DNA from: Macrostomum lignano
Taxonomy: Eukaryota
NCBI GenBank assembly: GCA_002269645.1
Contig: NIVC01001451.1
Location: 190,994 to 254,993 of the forward strand
DNA length: 64,000 nt
Reading direction: 5' to 3'
Part shown: piece by piece, positions 1-12,019 of the stretch
Numbering within the stretch: position 1 is the stretch's first letter
Layout: each line of letters opens with the position of its first letter
Translations under genes and position numbers: made by a program
The notes under the pieces: generated by a model
The model's input: only the letters and a program-made list of their open reading frames with translations
The model's database searches: none
What the model was told of the DNA's origin: nothing

Positions 1-40
1 GTCTGAGAAACCCGCCTCAGGGCAGAATACCTAGCAAAGT

Positions 41-405
41 GCGCTGTGACCCTCTGATCCCGGGAATGCCCAGGACTGAGAATAATACCTTTAGAGGAAT
101 ATAGGAATAGGATAGACAGTGCCTAAAAGACTGCTCAGGCCAGAAAGTACAATAGAAGTACAGACGCTACTAGTAAAAGTACATACGCTACCAATAGAAG
201 TACAGACGCTACCAATAGAAGTACATAGTACATACGCTACTAGTAAAGGCAAGTAATAACTAGCAATATTAACAAGAAGGAATAACCCCTGCAACAGTTT
301 GGTGGCAGCAAGTAAGGCTAAACAAAAGAATAAATAAGAGCCCTGGGACAGCTTTTGGTGGCATAACGGTGGAATTCTCATAGAGAGCCAAAAGGCCTGT
401 TACAG
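41..405. repeat. Diverged ~370-bp element, inverted partner of 5066-5429
   Basis: gcgctgtgaccctct (41-55), gctcaggcca, ggaataacccctg and ggtggcataa...catagagagccaaaaggcctgt (355-400) occur as reverse complements, in mirrored order, at 5066-5429. Confidence 0.75.
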
Positions 406-2825
406 TTGTATAGATAGGCCCTAATAGATTCTATATTAAGAACATGACCCACTCTCTATGTCTTAGTCTTAATAAACTATGAACTCATTTAGTTAGGCTT
501 ATAATATTAATAATAAGATCTATGACCATTGACACTATGCAGACTTCATTGGCATGGCCAGTTTATCTCCTATGTGAGATTCATTTTATGTTATATAGAT
601 ATGGCTGCAATGTTTTTAAGCTCTAATATTATTTATTAAAGGCCTAGACATGGTGACCTAGCTATATTTAAAAGTAGACCTAAGTTCTAATCACTACTAA
701 AGACATGGCTGCCATTTTTATAAGTATATTGGATTATAGACACAGTCACCATGTCTCTAAATATGGCATTTAAAAAAATTATACCCTTCAAAAAATAAAA
801 GCAATGAAGCATAGGTATTCTTATTATGTTTTTAGGCTATAAAAAAACAATCACAGTGCTTAAGATACAAGATGCATAATTAAAATGTAAAAAAAGCATA
901 CAAAAACTTAAAAAGTTTTAACTTTTGACTTTTTAATAACTTTTATTGGGCCTACTTGTGTTGTAACTTGATCAATTTTCAAAAATAAGGTAGGCCCTAT
1001 CTTTTTACTTGTTTCAGGCAAAAAATATTTAAAATTAGATTCATCAAGATTTAAATAAAAAAAAACAGTAAAATAACTTTCAAAATCTCACTACACTAGA
1101 GTCTCCCTACAAGCCTAGCACTGGTCTAGTGCAAGTTTTTGTTATTTTCATAAATATTTTTGTAGACATAACACCAACATTTGAACATGCTATGATGTTT
1201 GCTCAGTGAGCATTATGATTTTAGGCACAGTAGTCCTTGCACAATACACGTACGACTATGATACAAGGACTACTCAACTAGAGTACTAGATTGTACGCAT
1301 CGATGGTGTCAATGCGAAAATCACCAATCAATGGCCAATGGGAGGATCCTATTTTTTGTTTGCTGTGAGTCCGTTCTGTAAAGCATTTACATATTTTATT
1401 AAGATACTGGACTCTATATCAATGGATTGTTGAATGATAGGCCCTACTTTATTTGTTTTCTCGTTGCTAATCTTACTCTAACAGTTTTTCGTTCTTTACA
1501 TTATAGTTCGTTATACCTTAAAGTAAATATTGGCACTATATCAAAGTTTAACGTTCATAGAAAATTTTGATTTTTTACAACGTTCTGTACCACCGCGCCA
1601 CCAAAGACGTAAGACGTTGATTAGTTAGTTAGTTAATATTGATATATGTATGTATCAGTATCAGTCTGTAGATATTATTTTTAATGTATCTGAAATATAT
1701 GCGTTATTCCCCCAGAAAAGCTCCTGTAAGATTTCTGGCACTAGTGCCTTTTTTCAAGACTCATTTTAGGTGCACCAGGCATAAACACCATAATCCTAGA
1801 TTCACCCTATATTTTAGAAACATTCTGTATCCTACTATTATAACCCTCCTTATTATTAAAATGCTTTTCTTATATTCCCTAGGTAGGGTACCAAGTTACA
1901 CCTGACCTTACTAGTATAGATAGGGAACCAGTTACTTTGGTTACTTATTTTATAGTCTTTGGTGAGCTGATGTTTTGTCTGCTGCCAGTTCGTCTGCCAC
2001 TCGGCACTCTTTTGTCTGCAAAAATATGATGCAGTCATTTCGTCGGCTAGAATATTAATTTAAATACAACATCAGTATTAATGTGTAGGCCTATATAAAA
2101 ATATTAAACAGAAACATCTGTATAGTCTTAAAATACCTATAATAGTAAAAATAATAAACTCATTTTGTTGGTACATGTAAGTACAAGCAAATCTAAAAAT
2201 AACATTTCCCAAGTGTTAGGCACCAGTCCATTAATAAGCATTAATCCATTGATAAGCATTAAGATTTTTTAACTAACAGATGAACAAATTTGCATTAATA
2301 ATTTTGTGAGTTAATGACAAATTTATTGTTAATGTTAATGTTAATGGCAATATCAATGACCAAAGATGCAAAAAAAAAAAGAACAAAAATATAAGTCTAA
2401 TAAGAAAAGCTTATTTAAATTTAAATTAAAATTTATTTTAGCATTTGAATTTATTTAAATTTATCTAAATGCCTAATTAATCTCTTTGTTTATAACAATG
2501 ATCATGCAAATATTTAAATTATTATTTTTTACTTTTTATTTGTAAATTGCTTAGATAATGACCTCTGTAGGTCTATATATTTTACTAAAAAAATAGAAAA
2601 GCAGACAATGAATTATGAAGTCTATTTTGAAAAAAGTGCAAGATTTTTTTATATTTTATATGTTAACTTTAATGGATTAATGCTTATTAATGATTATCAG
2701 TTAACTTAACAAAAATAAAAGTTAAAAAATTATTATTTTTGTTTTAATGCTATTTGGTTGAAGAGAAAGTTCCTGCGGTTTCTAGAACTTTCTATCAAAC
2801 TGAGTTTTTTAAAACTAAAAGCCAA

Positions 2826-4008
2826 TTAAGAAACAAAATAATCACCATCACAATCGATCACCTCATGCTTAGGCGCAACCTAGGGATTCACCCGGCCATT
2901 TCTATTGGCAACACACACACGTAAGTTGCTATTGGACAGAATAGTAGTCACGTGATAGCTCTCAGCCAATAGTAATTTACATGTGTGTGTTGCCAATAGA
3001 AACAGCCGAGTGATTCCCAAGGTTGCGCATGTATGGATCACCTTCTGCCATTTTTCAGGCAAACTCATAATACCTTCACTGTAAAATTTCTCTGGCTTTG
3101 AAGTGAAAAAGTTGTTCAGCCAGTTATTGAGCTCTTTATCATCAGCAAAGGTTTTGTTGTTCAAGGCATTGGCCAGAGACAAAAACAGGTGATAGTCACT
3201 TGGTGCCAAGTCTGATGAATACAGTGGATAGGGCACCAATTCCCAGCCAAGGTCCAGTAGCTTTTGGTGAGTCACCTTAGCAGTGTATGGATGAGCGTTA
3301 TCATGGAGGAATCGTACCGGGCCATGGTTTAGACGCTTCTGTGCGATGGCGGTAGCCAATCGGTCCAGCTGTTGGCAGTATAGGTCGGCCATAATTGATG
3401 TGTTGGGTGGCAGCAGTTCATAGTAGATGACGCCCTTGCAGTCCCACCACATGCACAGCATGACCTTGCGTGGGTGGAGTCCGGCCTTTGGCTGCAGCTC
3501 AGGCATTGCGTCAGCATCAACCCATAATTGTCAACGTTTGATGTTGACATACAGGCACGACTTTTCATCGCCCATAACGATGGACTTTAGCCAGTTGTGC
3601 GTGCGCCTGTAGGAGAGGAAAAAAGTGGCCACCTTTGCCCTGCACTGCTTGTTCCAATCTGACAATTGGTGGGGTACCCATTGTGCCAGCTTGTACACCT
3701 TGCCCAGCTGATGCAAATGACTGGTGACCATTTTATGGTCTACATCAAGGACTTGCGCTAACTCACGCGTGGTTTGCCAAGGGTCAGCCTCTACAAGTGT
3801 GCGCAGCCAGTCATCATCAACCTCGGAGGGATGACCTAACCAGGGCAAATCTTTGAGGTTAAAATTTCCCTGGCGAAACTGCTCAAACCAGTCCTGAGTA
3901 GTGCGTTCAGACACCATACCCACACCAAATGCAGCAATACAGTCCAGACAGTCCAGATTTGAAGTCATAGAGCAGGAGACCACGAATATAGCCCCAAGAG
4001 AGATCCAT
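2826..4008 (-). pseudogene. Mariner transposase pseudogene
   Basis: Start MDLSWGYIRGLLLYDFKSGLS at 4008, with a frameshift near 3945. Motifs WVPHQL, GDEK, HDNAHP and YSSDLAPSDYHLF. In-frame TGA at 3533-3531. The original C-terminus (VIDCDGDYFVS*, stop 2828-2826) is split off by a MITE. Confidence 0.92.
2864..3035. mobile_element. 172-bp palindromic MITE (hAT-like, 8-bp TSD) nested in the transposase
   Basis: gatcacct directly repeated at 2856-2863 and 3036-3043. Long internal inverted arms: gcgcaacc...tttctattggcaacacacac versus gtgtgtgttgccaatagaaa...ggttgcgc. Confidence 0.85.
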
Positions 4009-5065
4009 AATGCTGGTGACTAGTGAGTAATATCTTTGGTTGAAATAGCATGTTAGAATCACACATACCCACCCTCAATATATACCCACACAGCCGGGTT
4101 CTGGAATATTCCAGAAAGTTCTTAGACAGAAAGTTCTAGAAACCGCAGGAACTTTCTCCCCAACCAAATAAAACTTTTACCATTAATGCAAGTTAAGATT
4201 TTTTAATGGTGTCTAACATTGCATTTCCAAACAATCCAAGCTAACCAAGCATTGAGTAGGCCCTAGTCAACTTGGGTCTAAGAGATTTTTTGCATGAAGT
4301 TTTTTTGCCAAGGTTTGCCCATGTAAGCTTTTCTTATCAAGATTTTCCTGCAGGGTTTTTCTAGTTGGAATTTTGAATCAAATCCAATTGGATTTAAAAT
4401 CTAGTCTAGTCTAATCTAAGATAGTTTTGACTTGAAATTTGAGCTTTTGAGCTTTGACCTATATAAGCTTTTCTTGTCAAGATTTTCCAAAATATGAAAT
4501 GCAGTCATTTTGTCTGCCAGAATATTAATTTCAATATCAGTAAATAACATCAGTATTAATGGATATATAATAAAACTAAAAGGAAACATCTATATATCTT
4601 AAAAGTTTTTAAATACTTAAAAGTTTTCTTGCCAAGGTTGGAAGTCAAATCCAATTGGATTTAAAATGTAGTCTAGTTTAATCTAATATAGTTTTTTATC
4701 TAGTCTAGTTTTTGTCTAGTCTAGCCTAGCCTAGTCTAGGATTGTTTGTCTATAGAATTTGACTTGTAACAAAGCTTGTAAAAAGAATTTCACTTGAAAT
4801 TTTGATTAGGAAAAATTATTAGACTTTGTCTAATAGTCACTTTAGTTTCTAGCTTTAGTGATAAGCACTTAAGTTTTTTTAAGGTAGGGCTAATTTATTA
4901 ATAATGCTTTAATCATTAGTTTATCATTCTTTTTGAAAAAACTATTTACTTTGTAATTAGTGACGTTGAATGTTGTTTTGATTGTTTTTATTAATTGTTA
5001 TTTGTTATTGTGACAGGTGTTTTACCTCCTACTTTATTAATTTTAATCCCACCACTGATACTAAG

Positions 5066-5429
5066 TTGTGACAGGCCTTTTGGCTCTCTATGAAAATTCT
5101 ACCATTATGCCACCAAAGTTGTAACAGGCTTTTTCTTCTGTCCTCCAACTAACTTTACTAACTGCCATCAAGTTGTTACAGGGGTTATTCCTGTTTGCCA
5201 ACTACAGTTATATTGATTATACTTGTTTTTACTCCTTAACTATTTCTTAGAATTGCATTTAAATATTTCTGGGTAGCATTCTTAGTAGCGTTTCTGGTAG
5301 CATTCTGGTAGCTTATGGCTAGCTTTCTGGTAACGTTCTGGTAGCTTATGGCCTGAGCGGTCTAGTACTGGTATATGTATTAGTGAATAGTCCTAATCGG
5401 GCATTACCGAGACTAGAGGGTCACAGCGC
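5066..5429. repeat. Inverted copy of the 41-405 element
   Basis: agagggtcacagcgc, ggcctgagcggtct, caggggttattcc and acaggccttttggctctctatg are reverse complements of blocks in 41-405. Confidence 0.75.
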
Positions 5430-7751
5430 CTCTTGTAATACTTCTGCAAATTATTCCCCTATTCCCTTTCTTAGCAAATCTCTTGGAATCGTTTCTCAGA
5501 CTTTGCAAATGAATAAGTCGCTATTCAACTCAAAAGACTTTGAAAGGTTTAAATTGAACTGCTTATTTTGTTCGCAATATTGCTCACAGGTAAAAGACAA
5601 TTGGAGTATATTTGCCGCAAAACCGCTCCTATATATACCCCTGAATTCCTGATACATTTATAACAAAAAATATTTCCCCAATTTATTTCGTGCATTAAAA
5701 CAAACATTATTTAGTGTTTTGCATAGATTCAGTTTCTAAGGAATGTTACAATATTATTTGAATATATAGCTATTACATTGAAAGAACATTCGAGTATACT
5801 ATTATAAAGGGATAGCACTAGTACATTATTCAATATTAATTATTACTTTCTAAGCTAGAATCATAAACTAAGAAATGTTAAATATTTCAAACTGACTATT
5901 GTCACTACAAGCAAAATGATTGAAAAGTTTGAAAAATATCATCATTATGTATATTATAATGCATTTCAAAAGATTTACCTTTTAGCTTCTTTTTAGTAAG
6001 AGCCTTAAGTCCTCAACCCTATTTCTTGAAGATAGGGGGCAGATTAACTTCATTAGATGGACTGTTATAAAAAGTATAAAACATTAAATTGATCTACTTA
6101 AATAGAGCCTTGCATTGGCCTTTTCATTGTTAATTCATTAGAGGACCAACATTAACCAGGCACCCTATGTTAATAGCCCTTGATAGCTACTTCCTAGAAG
6201 CTTGCTTTTTAGCTACATTATCTAGTATAAGTTTAAAAGCTTTATATAGCTCTTGTATAGTTTTTTTTCAGTAAGCTTAGTACTTGTATTACATTATATC
6301 ATTTTCTATCTATAGGAAAGTATAGTGTTACAGCTTAAAAATTATAATTTTAGCTATCTATGATAACAAATGTTAAGAGACATTGATTAACTAATAAGTT
6401 AGGTTGACCCTATTGATGATAACCAAATTTGAAATAGGCCTGTCAAGAAAATAGCAAACAACTACATTTCTAGACTGGCCTGCAGGTAGCCACTACTTTA
6501 CCACTCAGATGATCAGTGAAAAGGCTAGAAGCCCTGAACTCTATATTTATAGCAGTATTGTTATGTTTAGCAAGGGGTGGGTTGAAGGCTCAACTGAGAG
6601 GGTTTGCTGACATAAAGTAAGGGAGGGTCGAGTACGCGACGCGACAGGTGAGAGAATGAAAGGCTTAGAGAATAGTGAAAGACTGACCAATCAGAAGAAA
6701 GAAAAGGTGAGAGATCAATAGAGAAAGATAGAGGTTTGAACTATATTGGTTGAGACAAGGTAAATGAAGAGAGCCAAACAGCAGATAAAACAGTGTAAAT
6801 AAACTAGCAACTAGGTAGGAAAGTAGCAACAAGGCCTTTAGTAACATATATTAATTAGGTTATTTGTTGGTTTCAATGCAATGTTTCTATTGATGCTAAA
6901 GTATAAAATTAAGACTGATTGTTCTTGGTTTGATCTTATCACATTTATAAGAAAATTGATCAAGGTAATAAAGCCTATGTTTGTTTGTTTGGTTTGCACT
7001 TTGTGATTAGATTTAATGCTTTATTTTTGGTAGCTATTTGCAACATTTCTAAAGTTTTGATTGTTTTGCTATATAAAAGTTGTTATCAATTTAGAAGCTG
7101 CCACTTTTTTACTAACTCTTGGTCTTATATACTAATACTTTTTCAACTATAATTGTTGTGTATTAAATGATTTTTAAAAAGGAATAGAATATAAAAAAAT
7201 CATTAAGATTGCAGGTGCTTTGACTTTATAGATCTTTCAATTCTGTGGGCCCTTGTTTTTTGTGGTTTCCATATAGACTCCTATGGCTTAAACCCATTTG
7301 TCAATGCAAGATTGAGGGATAGATACCCCTAGCCACTTTGGTTTGCATTGCACCCCAGGCTAAAAAAACCATTATATTATTGAATATAAGTTTTGCTTGA
7401 AGTTATAAAGAAGATTCCTTTTTTAATTTGAACTGTTATTTTGAGTTCTATTTTCTAATATATACATAAAAATAATTGTAAACTTTTATCAACTTTTTAA
7501 TTTATTTTAGTACATAGTGAAGGCCATTTTTGCTCCCCCAATGTCCCAAATCTTAGCCCTTCTAAATTCAATGCCTGCTCTATGTGCTTTGAGCCATCGA
7601 TAAACTGAATGTGTGTTTAAAATACAGATGGGGAAATAGTCTTTCTTGATATTTGGGACTCTACACTGCATTCCATGAAGACTCTTTCAAATTCTATGAA
7701 AATAATATACATATTACTGAGCTAGCTAGACCTTGGCAAGTTGATTTAGAC

Positions 7752-8009
7752 CAGGGGTCAGCAAACATGTGGGCCAGCAAACCTCTCCATCTGGCCCTTG
7801 GGTCCTTTGAAACTTCTTAATAGCAACCTGGCCCACTCAAGGTTTGTCTCTTTTTAGCTCTCTTCTCTCTCCCTTCGACCCTCTGCCCTCTCCCCTCTCC
7901 TCTCCCCCTCTCATCTCTCCCCTCTCCTTTCCCTCTCCTCTCCTTGGCCCGCAGCCATGAGCTGAATTCTTTATCTGGCCCTTGATTTAAAAAATCTTGC
8001 CAACCCCTG
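7752..8009. mobile_element. hAT (Charlie-like) MITE with CT-rich core
   Basis: TIRs caggggtcagcaa and ttgccaacccctg. Flanking 8-mers atttagac and gtttagct form a partly matching nTYTAGn-type TSD. ggccc subterminal motifs. Confidence 0.7.
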
Positions 8010-8250
8010 GTTTAGCTAGAGTAGAGTCGAGGTCCATGTAAACTAAAAAATCGAGATTTCAAATCAACGAAATCTAAGATAGTCGATCACTTTCACAAGC
8101 AGGAAAATTTGCAATTAGATAATTAGTGTTTAGATTCGTACTCGTACTCATATTAATTAAGTGTATCAGTTCGAGTTGGTTTATTATCAATTAGTTTTAT
8201 CCGCAACAAACTTAAAATAAATGTGCATTTTCTGCGCTACAGAATTCACC

Positions 8251-8502
8251 ATGAAGGAGTCAGAGCCCGGCAATATATTCGCTCGGCTCTACTTCAAGTA
8301 CTTAGTTGAAACCTCTATCTACATGCTGGAACCGTACGAGCGAATTGCATTGAATTGTCTTGTAGTTGTGCTGCTACTGATGTCCGCCTATACTAGCTGG
8401 CTGTTTCTGCCGCATCACACAGTCAGCCAACACTTAATTGGCATTGTGAGCAGCCTGATTGGCTGGCCAAGTCCGCCTGCAGCTGGTGACTTGGCTTCTT
8501 AG
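8251..8502 (+). CDS. SPTSSA: Serine palmitoyltransferase small subunit (ssSPT), single exon, 83 aa
   Basis: YFKYLVETSIYMLEPYERIALN...SAYTSWLFLP matches the ssSPT signature (YxYxxxTALYMLEPWER...YTGYVFMP). Good ACC-ATG context at 8251, AATAAA at 8725-8730. The a/b paralog label is by analogy only. Confidence 0.88.
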   Translation: MKESEPGNIFARLYFKYLVETSIYMLEPYERIALNCLVVVLLLMSAYTSWLFLPHHTVSQHLIGIVSSLIGWPSPPAAGDLAS

Positions 8503-9180
8503 CATTTCAATGTTCTTACATTTCTACTAAAAGTAGTATAAAGAGTAACAGAAAACACGGCTAGAATTTTGAAAAGCTTCAATTTATTATAAATAATCAA
8601 AGTTTTTGGTTAAAGCTGGTCAGCATTCCGCTATCAATTTTATAGTGCTTATGATACAATTTTGTGTTTAATTAGTTTTCGAAATCTCACAATCATTTTT
8701 TTGTAAAATTTACTTTTCTGTGCAAATAAATGTAATTGGTTTCAATGGCTGCTGTTTGTCTTAACCATGTACTGTGTTTTTTTAATATTTACCATTTACT
8801 CTATATCATTAAACGTGTCAGTAATAGGTGCGAAAGATTAGTGAGTAAAAACGGTCCCCGTTTTGCATCTTCTCTTGAATCTTACCTGATTCCATATCAG
8901 ATTTGAGTCATCATGAAACGCCCGGGCGCATAAGAATTATCAAGACAAAGACAAACCTGGGCGACAACTGAGGAGGCACGAGTGTTTAATACTCAGTATA
9001 CTACTTTACTACAATACAATATTTTCAGTGCAGATATTCAGTTGTTTGTCTGCGCGGTGTCACTTAAATTTAAAATGGCAGCTAAAATTTCCTTTCTTTT
9101 CTCATGTTTTCGGCCTCAGGAGCATATGGGTTAAGAATGAGCAACACGCATTTAACTCGATGTACACAAGTGAACGCAGG

Positions 9181-9549
9181 ACGGACGAAACCCAGCCCTA
9201 AAGGGGCAGGCCCAATCTAGCTCAGCCAATGAGAGAGCAGTAAGGAGAGAGGTTAAAGTCAAACGGACGAAACAGCCTAGGGGGCTGTCCCAATCTAGCT
9301 CAGCCAATCAGAGAGCAGTAAGGAGAGAGGTTAAAGTCAAACGGACGGCCTCAGTCAAACGAAATAAACAGCCTAGGGGGCTGTCCCAATCTACTCGTAG
9401 CTCAGCCAATGGGAGCAGTTTGGAGAGGTTAAAGTCAGACGGACGAAACTCAGCCTAGGGGGCAGGCCCAATCTATGAATAGTTCACCTAATGAGAGCAG
9501 TAAGGAGAGAGGTCGAAGTCTAACTGTTTATCAACCTGGCTGGGGCGGG
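9181..9549 (+). promoter_or_regulatory. Four ~80-97-bp tandem units rich in CCAAT boxes, followed by a GC box
   Basis: Units start acggacg at ~9181, 9263, 9341 and 9439, with cccaatct and agccaat(g/c) motifs (7 CCAAT in total). ggggcggga at 9541-9549. The tandem repeat is certain; promoter function is inferred. Confidence 0.5.
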
Positions 9550-9922
9550 ACCCCAACCCATTTTTCTCTTACTAAGCACACGCACTGGAATTGGCATTTT
9601 TAGGCTTTCCTGAAATCTTCAGTCTTAATTTTTATCTTAGGAGTGCAATATTTTTTTAACCCGAGAAAGTCTCGAGTCGGTAAAAGAAGATGAAAATGCT
9701 AATTTAATAGGTCTGCTTGCATTTGTATTAAATCAGAGGTGATTATTTCATCTTAAACCAAAGCACTTGAAATACTTTGTAAAATTGAGCAATATTTTAA
9801 CTTAAGTATTAAAAGCGCAAAATCGCTATTTTTGCTACTTAAAAAACTCCGCATCAAACGGCAAACCGCCGCAGCTGTTTCATTCATCCGACCTCAATTT
9901 TAATGCCAGCCCTATCCGCCCC

Positions 9923-11413
9923 ATGACGCAGCACTGGACGGCGATTCCATTCCTAAAAAATATTGACGAGTCCAAGCGAACTCTGCCAAGCAAGGCCGAC
10001 ATAATTCGCTGCGTGCCCGCGCATCTTCGCCACTGTCGGCTGCTGTTTGCTGACGGCTTCGTCTCGCCGTCGTCTGCCGCCAACTCGGTTGTCGACCAGC
10101 CGACGCCTCGGGTTGGCTGTCGCGGTCGCGGCGTTCGCAAGCGATGTCCAGTTAATGGCGCCGCAAAGCCCCAGCCGCCTCAGCCGCTGTCACCTCAATC
10201 TTCATCGACGGCATCGTCGTTGACTTCGACTAGCCAATCGTACGGTCGTAGCCGAGGTCGCGGACTCAGGCAGTTAAAAATTTCCACCCCGCTCCTGTCG
10301 GAGTCGGCATCTGACGAGGATGTAGGCGGGTGCGATCGGCTCGGCCAATTCGAAGAGTGCTATGGTCCTAAAACCAATGGCTCTGCAAACTCCTGCGCTA
10401 TCCTTGCTGATGCTGCGGACTCTCCATCGCTGGCTGCCAGTTTATCTGTCCCGAGTGCTGATACTGTCGCAGGTGCCATTGGTGTCTCAGGCTCAGGTAC
10501 CGAGGATGTCGCAGGTGCCATTGGTGTCTCAGGCTCATGTACCGAGGATGTCGCAGGTGCCATTGGTGTCTCAGGCTCAGGTACCGAGGATGTCGCAGGT
10601 GCCATTGGTGTCTCAGGCTCAGGTACCGATTATATCACAGGTGCCATTGGTGTCTCAGGCTCAGGTACCGATGATGTCGCAGGTGCAGTTGGTGTCTCAG
10701 GCTCAGGTACCGAGGATGTCGCAGGTGCCATTGGTGTCTCAGGCTCAGGTACCGATTATATCACAGGTGCCATTGGTGTCTCAGGCTCAGGTACCGATGA
10801 TGTCGCAGGTGCAGTTGGTGTCTCAGGCTCAGGTACCGATGATGTCGCAGGTGCCGTTGGTGTCTCAGGCTCAGGTACCGATGATGTCGCAGGTGCCGTT
10901 GGTGTCTCAGGCTCAGGTACCGATGATGTCGCAGGTGCCGTTGGTGTCTCAGGCTCAGGTACCGATGATGTCGCAGGTGCCGTTGGTGTCTCAGGTGCTG
11001 ATGATGTCACGTGTGCTGATGCCATTCCCAGGCTAGATTCTTCAGAACTCTCCACCGAAGACTCAGTCTCCGGCGCCGAAGATCTCGGCCAGCTTCGCAT
11101 CTCCGGTCTCTGTTCGGACGCTATTCACGCATTTAAACGCGATTTCATGCTAGACAGGCAGCAAAAACTGCGTCGCAGACGTGGAGGCGCAGACCGCTGC
11201 AGTGAGGAGGTGGATCCTGACGGTCTGTACGCCATCCTGCGAGCATTCTCTTCTATTGGTATTGTTAGCGTTGTTGTCCGGAGCGAAGACGGTGCTGGCG
11301 TTGACTCGCTGCTAGTTGAACTGGCGCAGAGCAGCCTGGCTAGCTATTGCATCAACGGCCTGAGTCTGCCGTGCGACTGCCTTGTAACCTGCAGTCTAGT
11401 GTCCGAGCAGTGA
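9923..11413 (+). CDS. Hypothetical 496-aa protein with an internal 14-aa Gly/Ser repeat
   Basis: Long GC-rich ORF with non-repetitive N- and C-terminal parts that read like globular protein. The internal 42-bp repeat preserves frame. No family recognised. Confidence 0.6.
   Translation: MTQHWTAIPFLKNIDESKRTLPSKADIIRCVPAHLRHCRLLFADGFVSPSSAANSVVDQPTPRVGCRGRGVRKRCPVNGAAKPQPPQPLSPQSSSTASSLTSTSQSYGRSRGRGLRQLKISTPLLSESASDEDVGGCDRLGQFEECYGPKTNGSANSCAILADAADSPSLAASLSVPSADTVAGAIGVSGSGTEDVAGAIGVSGSCTEDVAGAIGVSGSGTEDVAGAIGVSGSGTDYITGAIGVSGSGTDDVAGAVGVSGSGTEDVAGAIGVSGSGTDYITGAIGVSGSGTDDVAGAVGVSGSGTDDVAGAVGVSGSGTDDVAGAVGVSGSGTDDVAGAVGVSGSGTDDVAGAVGVSGADDVTCADAIPRLDSSELSTEDSVSGAEDLGQLRISGLCSDAIHAFKRDFMLDRQQKLRRRRGGADRCSEEVDPDGLYAILRAFSSIGIVSVVVRSEDGAGVDSLLVELAQSSLASYCINGLSLPCDCLVTCSLVSEQ
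10466..11006 (+). repeat. 42-bp coding minisatellite x13 (VAGAIGVSGSGTED)
   Basis: gtcgcaggtgccattggtgtctcaggctcaggtaccgaggat and variants, 13 units, no frame-breaking indels. Confidence 0.95.
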
Positions 11414-12019
11414 CTGATTCTTCTAGGCCAGTTAATTTATTTACGTTTTATATAACTTTATCGAAACTATAGACCCTTGCATGCTTAAAAGTTTTTAAAC
11501 TTTGAATAATAAAATTGTTGCATTTATACTCGTAGCTAGTTGCCCAGCTGGATATGCAGAGTTCATTGATCAACTCTTATTTTTTACAATATCATTGGTG
11601 CTCCATCAGAGTTCCAGTTTTTTTCCTTGTGCCCTCGCTCCATTCACTCATCGTGGACTTATGCACGCGACAAAAGAGTGCACCATTGCGCTAAATGTAT
11701 TTATGGTCTGGTTGTTAAAAGAGCTAAAATATATATATATAGAATTCATAAAGGGCTTGTGTTAACGCGTTGTCATTGTTGCATGCCTGTGTAATAAATT
11801 TCTGACTATATCGTCTGTTATTGAGATTTCATTGTAATTTTTCTGGTAGAAAAATAGTTTTATGGTTTAAAAAGTATGCAGTGTGTTATGATCGACGGAT
11901 CGATGCGAAAAGTTGTCATGCCATTGACTCGACGGGAAGTGTGGTTGATTAGACTATATGTAAAACTCGCGGTGTGTCTTTGGAGGATTGGACGATCCAT
12001 AAGTCGTGTGTCTGGGCTA

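Larger units (their letters stand above)
2753..4168 (-). mobile_element. Tc1/mariner (DD34D mariner-type) DNA transposon, full length but inactive
   Basis: ~41-bp TIRs tttggttg(aa/gg)gagaaagttcctgcggtttctagaactttct at 2753-2793 and, reverse-complemented, at 4128-4168 (2 mismatches). TA duplication at 2751-2752 and 4169-4170. Internal transposase present. Confidence 0.95.

Noticed and set aside
5450-7450. Decayed coding sequence in the AT-rich block
   Set aside because: No recognisable protein motif in any frame I could read.
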